Shown piece by piece: positions 26,201 through 34,415 of a stretch of DNA of 64,000 bases (position 1 is its first letter; every line of letters starts with the position of its first letter). This DNA comes from Tubulanus polymorphus. Taxonomy: Eukaryota > Animalia > Nemertea. The position numbers and the translations under genes are program-made. The DNA lies in assembly GCF_964204645.1 (NCBI RefSeq), contig NC_134029.1, forward strand, positions 10,194,850-10,258,849. Direction: 5' to 3'. A model generated the notes under the pieces. That model was not told the DNA's origin. It searched no databases and saw only the letters and a list, made by a program, of their open reading frames with translations.

Positions 26201-27723
26201 TCTGGGTATTAGGCCTCTCAGCTAGGGTCAGGGATTTTGTTCGGGGCTGCAAAACTTGCCAAGAGTGCAAGTCCCCGTCCAAACTACCAAAAGCCCCAAT
26301 GATGTCTACACCGGTAGGGCGACGCTTCCAGCGTGTACATATAGACATCGTGGGCCCATTACCGAGAACCCGCCGCGGCAATGTCTACATTCTAGTGGCT
26401 CAAGATGCATTCACTAAGTGGCCCGAAGCATGGCCAATTCGCACGGAAAAGGCCTCCGTGGTGGCACGTGCCCTTGTGAACGAGTGGGTCACCCGTTACG
26501 GCTGCCCTGAATCCATCCACTCGGACAAAGGCACGAACTTCGAGTCGAAAGTTTTCATGGAGATGTGTAGGATCTTGGCTATTGAAAAGACCAGAACCAC
26601 TGCCTACCATCCTATGGGCAATGGGCAGGTGGAAAATTTCAATAAGTCCCTGAAGGCCATGCTGACTACAGCCGTCAATGAGTGTGGAACAAACTGGGAC
26701 GAGGAACTACCAGCGTGTTTGATGGCATTTCGTTCAAGCGTCCAGCACTCCACTCTTGAAACGCCGTTCTACTTGATGTACGCCGAGGAAATGTCACTAC
26801 CAATCGACATCAGCGTAGGCTTGCCCGAGGACCACCAACCAAGGACTAAGTATGGCATGGACCTCTCTGACCGCCTCACTAAGTCACACAACATTGTTCG
26901 TGATCGACTAGTGATGGCACAAAGGCGTCAGAAAATGGACTATGACCGTTTCGCAAAACGCGGGGGTTACAAGGTCGGGGATCGCGTGTGGCTGATGAGC
27001 CATTTCTTGAAGAAGGACGAGGCATCTAAGTTCCGCCGGAAATGGAAAGGGCCTTACGTCGTGACCGAGAGACTATCGGAGGTGAATTACAGGGTTGTCC
27101 TGGAACCAGGCGCCGATCCGAGGGCGGTGAAGAGAAAGCGGGTTGTGCACTTCAATGATATGAAACCGTGCTTCCTGTCTAGTGAGACCGTGACCATAGG
27201 TCATAAAAAACCTAGACAGGAACCGGTTAAAATGACCGATCCCGAGGAGCAACCAACCCTCAATGACGACGAGGGGGAGGAAGATGAAGACTGTGTCTGG
27301 ACACGGTCACACCCCGAGACAACGGCAGTTATTCAAGAACCTCTTGTAACAAACCCTACCCAAAACCATCGCGGGCCTCCTACTCAAAACCGCTCCAAGC
27401 CTGGGCCTTTGAACATTACAAACACTGAGGGGCACAGAAGACTCAGGCCCAGAGTAGGGATCAGGCGCCCTAGTCGGTTCGTAAACTCATGTACAGTCAA
27501 TAACGATGATTCGCTAGCCAACCAAAATAGGGCCTCAGACCCTTTGGTGGATCCAAACACACTTATAGGACCTCCAGTCGCCTCGGACAAGATTGAGCAG
27601 AACAACATTTTTGATATAGAACTGATCCAAAATTGCCAGAAATGTCGCGAAGTTCGGTCCCGGATTAACATGAGGAAAGGCTACTGGTTAGAAATGGGCC
27701 GGTACCTTAAATCAAAGGGTTAA
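23209..27723 (+). CDS. pol: Pol polyprotein (protease, RT, RNase H, integrase); probably entered by frameshift at about 23110
   Basis: LLDTGA protease; LRLCCDYRRLN and YLDD for RT; CDAS...DALSR for RNase H; HHCC zinc motif, D-D-E (HIDIVG, SDKG, VENFN) and GPY motif for integrase. No stops in 1504 aa. Confidence 0.97.
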   Translation: MNTANGLTCDASRDAPIDGYHHTSPTTVRPSNHIQTTPQDGYVVAGPACDSSGDTPTDGLHPTRTITVRPPQHTQSIEENRRDPSENSEAPSPATENTCHKLRDTKVQTTGTEPAQTSLVTNIGTVRLHASGLFCDAVVNDHSKAVVLLDTGASCTIIRGSVWDSSSPTGEAAALRPIEGIVTTATGQPMELRGLADVCLKVGTEEFHVPMIVSEDLAQDCLLGSDFFEKYGCNIDYRNKVLRFGSLSEVPVRQSPKRASACRVFISKSQIIPAGSEVVVNGYMKRSYAHNNSTSGMISSCGRNNFCTGKTLVVPEANQIPVRLANFSDEACRVDRGQTIGLFCPLQSVDIMTVDDHAQNPSTPKIQLQGDDNTEFKDLLRELKIDQLEIPTDMKTQLVDIIRELKSVFSMGDFDIGRTDSLEFEIDTGDHPPIKQHPRRLPPGRRAFVEGTTKELLEHDLIRPSTSPWSSPIVLAKKADGSLRLCCDYRRLNDATVKDAHPLGRIDSTLEVLSGATWFSSLDLTSGYWQVPIKESDKHKTAFTTENHLFEWNVMPFGVCNAPASFSRLMAMVLDDVAWKTCLIYLDDVVVFSHDLPTHLTRLQKVFRCFQKAGLKLKPRKCSLFQRRLKFLGHVVSEAGVETDGAKCDRVRDWPTPTSVTELRSFVGLVTYYSQFIKDFADLTAPLHRLTRKNEPFVWTFKQQLAFDGLKEKLTSSPILAFPDFSEGAGEFILDCDASNWAIGGVLSQLQHDGSERVIEYSSRTLKGGEENYCATRREMLALVDMIDHFRHHLLGRKFKVRTDHAALKWLQTFKNPEGQVARWLERLSEYDFVIEHRAGSKHLNADALSRIPKRQRKHGDCPTCGDTGPSIYQVTAKHQGDLTAHSTGLSRNKIIEAQVNDPEISEIREFLAGDGVKDKKRLQRCGRTARSLYSLVERLELLDGILALKPLPGATSTRHRVVLPISLTDGTIGVIHQGFAGKHLGTKKTECKIRERFWVLGLSARVRDFVRGCKTCQECKSPSKLPKAPMMSTPVGRRFQRVHIDIVGPLPRTRRGNVYILVAQDAFTKWPEAWPIRTEKASVVARALVNEWVTRYGCPESIHSDKGTNFESKVFMEMCRILAIEKTRTTAYHPMGNGQVENFNKSLKAMLTTAVNECGTNWDEELPACLMAFRSSVQHSTLETPFYLMYAEEMSLPIDISVGLPEDHQPRTKYGMDLSDRLTKSHNIVRDRLVMAQRRQKMDYDRFAKRGGYKVGDRVWLMSHFLKKDEASKFRRKWKGPYVVTERLSEVNYRVVLEPGADPRAVKRKRVVHFNDMKPCFLSSETVTIGHKKPRQEPVKMTDPEEQPTLNDDEGEEDEDCVWTRSHPETTAVIQEPLVTNPTQNHRGPPTQNRSKPGPLNITNTEGHRRLRPRVGIRRPSRFVNSCTVNNDDSLANQNRASDPLVDPNTLIGPPVASDKIEQNNIFDIELIQNCQKCREVRSRINMRKGYWLEMGRYLKSKG

Positions 27724-27969
27724 ATCCTATATATATATTTAGTACCCTTGTATATAACCCTGCCTATATATTTACTTAGTTTTAGTAGACAGTTTATTAT
27801 CACTTGTAACTGGTGGTGACTAGGATTTCAGACCCCTTGCACCTCCTGATGGTATGCTTGGGACCACCCACCTTGCATGATTCGGGTGGTATCTGAATGA
27901 ACGGAATCTCCGCCATTTAGTCTTGTCGTTGCAGCCAACTCATGTTTTGAACTATTTATCGTTTCTAGC

Positions 27970-28803
27970 ATGGACTGTATCGAGTTAGACCAGTTATCTA
28001 GCCTCCACGAGGCGACACAGACCCTTAAACGGCAGGTCTCGAAAGAAGTCTGTTCCACCCTTCACAGACAGGACAAGACCCTCAGCGAATTGAGAGCCAA
28101 GATGGGCAGACTTTATAACTCTGCCGTAGAACAGTCGTTTGTGGAGGATCCTGGTCGCATAGTAACCGGTGCGGTAGTAACCGGTCTCAAGACGACAAAG
28201 ACCCGACGTTTTCGGCCGAAGATGAGCACAGCTGCATTTGAGTACATCAGCCAGGAACTAGTGAACGCCCTGGCCGAATGTGGTGGTGACTCCTCGTACA
28301 TCTGGTCGAAACTTGGAGACTTGAAACAGAGGGCAGTTGAGGACTTACCAATCGTGTTGCTGGGAGACTCGATGTTTACGGGGCTAAAGGCCAGCGGCGG
28401 TTTGATTCCAATTTGCCACCCTGGTGAACGACTCGGTGATTTGTTGGAGTACCTCCCACATGTATCCTTTAGGGCAAGAGCGATTGTGGTCACGCATGGT
28501 ATGAACCATGCCGGCGATTATGGCAGGACGACAGAGGAGTTGGCGGAAGTTTTGGCGCTACTCAAGGGCAAGCACCCTTCTGTTCCCCTTTTCCACCTAC
28601 AGACCCCTGTCCCTCCTTGCTGGCGTGGTGACCACAATCGGGTAAACAACATCAACCGGGTTAACGTCTTCGCCCTCCGTGCCGGGTTCCAACAGGCCGA
28701 CCATCCAGATATCCTGGATTCTGATTTTGTGGGGATCCACTACAAAAAGTCGGCCATGCACTATGTCTGTCGGGAAATAATCCGTGTGGTAGATCGCGCC
28801 TGA
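27970..28803 (+). CDS. ORF3 of the Gypsy element: N-terminal coiled coil plus SGNH/GDSL hydrolase-like domain
   Basis: Block I IVLLGDSM, block II HPGER, block III VVTHGMNH and block V DFVGIHY. The ORF is intact at 277 aa and lies inside the LTRs. Confidence 0.8.
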   Translation: MDCIELDQLSSLHEATQTLKRQVSKEVCSTLHRQDKTLSELRAKMGRLYNSAVEQSFVEDPGRIVTGAVVTGLKTTKTRRFRPKMSTAAFEYISQELVNALAECGGDSSYIWSKLGDLKQRAVEDLPIVLLGDSMFTGLKASGGLIPICHPGERLGDLLEYLPHVSFRARAIVVTHGMNHAGDYGRTTEELAEVLALLKGKHPSVPLFHLQTPVPPCWRGDHNRVNNINRVNVFALRAGFQQADHPDILDSDFVGIHYKKSAMHYVCREIIRVVDRA

Positions 28804-29306
28804 ATGTGTTTCCTTCGGTACCTAACGATGGTTCACCTGGAGTCGCTTATTCTTTGTAATGTTAGTGACAAAAAGCCATTCAGTCCAAATACTACCACAC
28901 GTGACCCCCCAGATGTAGCACACCCCATTGCGAACAGTTTCTTTCCGTTTTCTTTTGATTGTATTTTTCAGCTTCCCAGGACGAGGAACAGTGGCAGAGG
29001 GGCAAGCCAAGTGCAGTGTCCATTGGCCGTATCTACCTTTTGATGGTATAGATATTTTTGGTTAGACACTACGCTTAGGTGCGCCCCGAAAACAAACCAC
29101 AAACCATTAGTGGAGATCGAAAGCTGCATGTATTATCATCACTGAGATGCAACCCTAATGCGAAACAACGACTACGCCATGTTAGATGTCTACTGTATCC
29201 AGAGCCGAGAAGTTTGGAGCTTAATATACTATAATAAGGACTATAATTTAATTTGTGTAGATGTTTTGACTATATATTCCTGTTCAAATAGGAGTTTGAA
29301 CAAGTT

Positions 29307-29318
29307 GAAGGGGGGTGG
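29307..29318 (+). promoter_or_regulatory. Polypurine tract
   Basis: gaaggggggtgg immediately before the 3' LTR. Confidence 0.85.
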
Positions 29319-29510
29319 TGTGATGGAATATGTCCATCAGTCGTTTTCTATGTTGTAACTGGAGGGTGCTGCCCTCTCTCTCGAAAATACAGAACAATAG
29401 GTGATTGTGTTAATATCTTTTGTCCGCCTTTTTACTGGTTTTTGGGCTCTCAGAGTCGATATTTGGAGGAAACTTCTACTGTGGAACAGGCAGAATAGGA
29501 CCTCGTTACA
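29319..29510 (+). repeat. 3' LTR
   Basis: Identical by eye to the 5' LTR. Confidence 0.97.
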
Positions 29511-30509
29511 ATTAGCATGCGCATGTGCAGTCGGGACAGGTGGTTAGCCTGTGTGTGACCGAAATAAACGAGTATCTTATGATCTGTAGACTGAACCCGT
29601 CGTGTTTTTAGTCTTTCTCTTCTTTTATCTCCGAACCTGGTCTTCTTAGTGACTCGCAACGCCACACGGGTTTCTTAGGACGACGCCATTTACGTGTACG
29701 TGGCGCCATCTACTGACATTTCGGCGCATAATTTTGCGACGCAGAAATGTCTTCGTGGCGTGGATACGTCTTCGCGGTGCGGATTTGTCTTTATCGCGGC
29801 TTATTACAACGCATAACTAAACACAGTCTTGGCAGGGATTGTCGCCCATAGATAAACAACAAAAATGTTCAGTCACACACGCTAACGCCTCAGCCCAATA
29901 CAATCACTCATTAAGTAAGTGAGTTTATTGCTTTGAACCGGCAGCAGTGCCTCGTAGGTTGCACTAAGTGGGTTAATTGCTTTTTTATTCACTATCATCT
30001 TCGTCGTTCTACTTAAAATTTCCAGAAACTGCGATGTCACATAGATTTAGGGAGTTGCACCTAAAACCTGCTTCGAAAATATAAGTAATTTGCCTTTTAG
30101 TAATAATTTTCATTGCCATCCTAATTAACAATTTGAAACTGTGATAACGCAAAATTTCATTTAATTTCCATTCCTGCGGAAGTCTTGAAAAATGCAATGT
30201 CAGTGAAATCAGGTGTCAGCCATGGAAGATGCACAGGTTTGGATGCCTATTTTATTATGTAACCGCCATATCAGTGTTTAGTGTAGGTCTACTTATAAGT
30301 TTGTTATCATACAAGTTAAGTTATGTAAAACTTTGAATCAATAAACAATAAACGTAAACCAATTTTTCACAGAAATTGCCGACAGTTGCTTTCGGGCACA
30401 ACCAACCTAAGCTCAGCTGCGATGCGACAGAACTGAGAGAATGCATGAATTCCATCCAATCAGAGACCGCATACATAGTACAAATTATTACCACTAGCGT
30501 CGTCATGAG

Positions 30510-30890
30510 TGCCTTGTTTACAAAAGCAAAAAAAGCAATTCACGACAAAGCTGTTCGAGCAATGTTTGTTATTCAAAAAGGCAGAAGATGTAATCTACCT
30601 CCAGACTTAATTTATAAATTATTCTACTGTTGTGTGGCACGAATTTTATTGTACGGGTGCGAAATATATGGAGCCATGAAAATATCGATATCTTAGAAAA
30701 AGTCCACACAAGGTTTTGTAAATTAGTTCTAAAAGAAACAAAATTTAGCCAAAATACTATGATATATGGCGAGACTGGCAGGTTACCATTATCGACTACT
30801 ACTAAACTTAGAATGATCAAATATTGGAACAAAACTTTGAATGCTGAATCTAGTAATGTATAATATTTTGTACGATTTATACTAAAAGAA
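30510..30890 (+). pseudogene. Non-LTR retrotransposon ORF2 C-terminal fragment (frameshifted)
   Basis: ILLYGCEI / LEKVHTRFCK / IYGETGRLPL / RMIKYW, a post-RT region typical of LINEs. Confidence 0.7.
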
Positions 30891-30914
30891 CTACGAGCAA
30901 CACGACTTATAGTT

Positions 30915-31181
30915 CATGGGGCAACATTAGACATTCCAGGTTTTACAAAAGGTAAAACTCAACTTGATCCGGAGGAGGTGGAGAGAACCAGGAACATAGC
31001 TAATGTAAAGATTCACGTAGAGCGTGTAATATGAATGATCCGACAAAGGTTCACAATTTTAGAGAGCACAATACCTATCTCGTTTTTACAAAACTCGGGA
31101 CACTATACTACACTAGATGAGATAGTACGGATAGCTTGTGCTTTATGTAATGTATCGAATCCGATTGTACCTGCAGAATAA
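30915..31181 (+). pseudogene. ISL2EU/Harbinger-type DDE transposase C-terminal fragment
   Basis: Translates as [42 protein letters not shown]...IVRIACALCN, with one internal stop. Confidence 0.85.
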
Positions 31182-31989
31182 ATTCAAAATTTCCTTATTA
31201 TTAACGACTAATGTTGCAGAATAGAATTTATGCTTGTACTTGTTACACAGAAGTAAAATGTAAAATGAAAGTTTCCATATTCAAATATTAATCATATGAA
31301 ATTGCACTCTAATCTATTCTTTTATTTTCGTTGTAATTGTAAACTGGCTGGGGAACTAAGTAGCACCCATGGTACAGGATTCCATCTACAAGAACAACAA
31401 AACAAGACAGTTAAACAGTATATCTAGAATTTTTATTGCGTTTTGGAATGAGAATGATTATATTCAATTTACACAATCTTCACAAAATTCCAGGGAAACC
31501 ATACCAACTTAGGAAGAGGCTTGAAATACTCAAGAATACCAATATTCAATACATACCCTTTGGAGAAAATTCAAAATTAACCAATGACCTTGAAACTTAT
31601 CACAATTACAGGACATGTCATGAGCTACAACTTTGCAATTGATGCATATGTATCATTATATATTGACAAATTCTAATAAATTCAATATTCAACTTCCCAT
31701 GGTGGCAAGAACAAAGTTTTAGTATTCCCAATTCCATGTGACTGTGCTGGTAATAATCATGTATCAAGAAACCACCCGAAATATTTCTAATTTTCCCCTT
31801 CAAAATTCAAATAGGTGTATAAAGTGCAATTCAGCAATTAAGGACGACTAGTGAACGCAATAGCCCTATTGTCTCAATGGACGAAAAGAGGCCCATGTAT
31901 AATTCAACTAGGTTTACTTGGACTTGCCACGGTCTTCCTTTTATTGCGACCCTTCCCGAGGACAGCGGAACATGCTGTACATATCCAGA

Positions 31990-32950
31990 CTTTAGGGTAT
32001 CGTTTAAGTCCAATACAATCCTTGTGAAAATATTTCACTTTACTGCATCAGACGAGCACATAATCTGTGACATCGTAGGGTCGTTTTTCCGACAGAAACA
32101 TATACCTGTATCATTTGAACCAGAGATATTTTGAATAGAGGGCACTACGTTTTCCCTAGTAAAGTAATCCCCAATAAGTTCAGGCAACAGACATTTTTGG
32201 AAAAACTGTCGAGCAATGTTAACCTGTAAACTGAAAAATTCTTGGTTAAATCCTATCTTTTCAATTGCCATCGCATTATTTGCCCATACAACGAAATCAC
32301 ATTGCTTAAGTCATGTTGCATGGAGTTGAGTTTGTATCTGATAATAATATGCGTGATCTCGTTTTAAAGTTAAAGCTCCATTGGAGTCAATTTCCATGCA
32401 GAAATTATGGTCGTTACTTGCTGCTTCCTCAGCAGTTTTATCTCTGAGGCAGAATGGGCACTTGATTTCAATAAGCTGTATTCCGCAACAATCACAGGGC
32501 ACTACGCCAACGGGGGATGCTCCAAGAAAAGGATAACACTTATCTATGTAGAATCCACTTTCCTTCACTTTGCAATTGATGTGTGTTTGATTCATGAGCT
32601 GCTCATAATTGCTTCGTGCAGTCTCCTCGTGCTTGCAACCCCATCTGGGAGGAAATTTAAAGTAAATATATTTCATTTAGAACTAGAAAAATATGGGAAT
32701 CTTTAGAGAGAATTTTATGACCGGCAATTGGTAGGCCTAGTTCGCATATTTTTTACCTTGTTGCTTTCGTTGAGAAGGAGTACGCCTTTGGATAACAGAT
32801 CCGCTTTATCAATGACAGCCTTGAAGGTTTATCAATTGATGTTCTTGTGACAAATTTCAGGATAGAAGCTGTTATCCTTCCAGCTCTGTGCGAAAACCAT
32901 ACTGGACTTTCACTCTGCTTCCAAGTCAGCATTTCAACGTTTTGGATCTG
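31990..32950 (-). pseudogene. YqaJ/lambda-exonuclease-like gene with PHD-like C-terminus (second gene of an ISL2EU-type transposon), degraded and intron-containing
   Basis: QSESPVWFSHRAGRITAS, WGCKHE, PFLGASP(D>V)G, IEIKCP, YYYQIQTQL, ICFCR. An intron lies at about 32645-32755. The gene is convergent with the transposase. Confidence 0.85.
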
Positions 32951-33746
32951 TAAATATATAATAATATAAGCCAATATGCTCAAAGACCAGAGCTAAGTCT
33001 GTCATATTACGATTTGAAAAATCTATAGCATAAATAAACCTATATGGACATTTTACTATACCTGTTCATCTGTGATGGCTAGTTGATCTAGAACCTCTTT
33101 TGAATAGTCCTGTAATCTGTCAAGTGATGCTGTCAACTGTCATCGACATTCAAGACCCTTCCAATTTCAATTCATAGTCAGTATCCATCAGGCTTATTAT
33201 TATATAAACATTGGTTAAACTATGGTCTTGAGTGGCGACCTCTCTACTTGTAGAGATTTTTACTTGTAGAGTATTTTAGTTATTCTATTGTATAGAATGT
33301 TGGGGAGTTTAGTGATTAACTAATGGAAAGGGGAGACTTGGGGTGATCTTCTGGGGATAAAAAGGGTTAGTTCAGTAGATTCAGGGAGAACTAGACGCGA
33401 GAGAGAACTAGACGCGAGATAGAACTAGACGGGGAATAGAGCAAGACGGGGGTGAGAGCTGAGTTTATTCCAGGGAAAGCTAGGCACTAGTACCGAGAGA
33501 TCAGATCGGGATCGAACGGGGACAATAGCCGAGGGATTGGATCTGGACGTATCGGCCCCACTCCGCGCGGATGCGCCACCGCGCGGGATTTACGCGAAGC
33601 AGCAAACACAAACATGGCCACTCTCTCAATTTTAAATGATAGAAATCGTGTGTGCATTTCAATTATTTCGGCTGTTAGGGTTTTAAGGCACAATATAAGT
33701 TGATGATGTGATATGGCGATGTTATTTAATGATAATTCCGCAGTGA

Positions 33747-33858
33747 AGGGGAGGGGAGGGGAGGGGAGGGGAGGGGAGGGAGGGGAGGGGAGGGAGGGGA
33801 GGGGAGGGAGGGGAGGGGAGGGAGGGGAGGGGAGGGGAGGGGAGGGGAGGGGAGGGAG
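33747..33858. repeat. (GGGGA/GGGA)n polypurine microsatellite
   Basis: Directly visible. Confidence 0.95.
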
Positions 33859-34415
33859 AGCTAAGTTAAACGTGACGATGAATCTTTGATCAGAAATTGG
33901 AAGCGCAAGTTAAGTTGACAGATACGTAATTATAAAACTCGCCGTTCACGCTTGATCCTTCTGCATTTCACTAATGACTACCAAAAATTGAAATTAGTTT
34001 AAAACAAGCTAAATGTGATTCGGAGAAACAAACAATAAATCGTTTTTCTCAACTACTTTACTCCGAAAGTATATAAGTTGTGGTCATTCATGCAGAAAAA
34101 TCTAGGAGTAGCCAGACATTTGTTCATACTCAAAATTTATTTGTGCAAAAAGAAGATGTCACGGTGGCGGGATTTGACCCACATTAAAAGATATGGCACT
34201 CGATCTACACCCTTTAACGCTACGTTAAACAATCAGTTTTTCGTCTTAACGCCACGATAAAATTTTTTTCGTTTTGACGTGGTCGTTTTCATTTGAGCAC
34301 CGAATACTTTTCAAGTGAGCCTGATTAAGCTAGCCAGAACTGTTTACTTTCACACACCAGTTTAGTGATTATAATAAATCAAAACTAAGCACTTTCATCT
34401 TCGTTTTAGTTTAGT

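Larger units (their letters stand above)
21606..29510 (+). mobile_element. Full-length Ty3/Gypsy LTR retrotransposon with a third ORF
   Basis: Two 192-bp LTRs (TG...CA), TSD atta (21602-21605 and 29511-29514), PBS, PPT, gag, and pol in PR-RT-RH-IN order. Confidence 0.97.
21516..29666 (+). mobile_element. Older solo LTR of about 240 bp (21516-21605 plus 29515-29666), split by the Gypsy insertion
   Basis: TGT...ACA termini, a 5-bp TSD cgggt at 21511-21515 and 29667-29671, and an internal AATAAA at about 29563. Confidence 0.7.

Noticed and set aside
22117-28493. Short antisense ORFs within the Gypsy element
   Set aside because: These are shadow ORFs of the coding strand with no recognisable motifs.
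27970-28803. ORF3 as a retroviral-type env
   Set aside because: It has no signal peptide, furin/fusion motif or transmembrane anchor, and its motifs fit an SGNH hydrolase.
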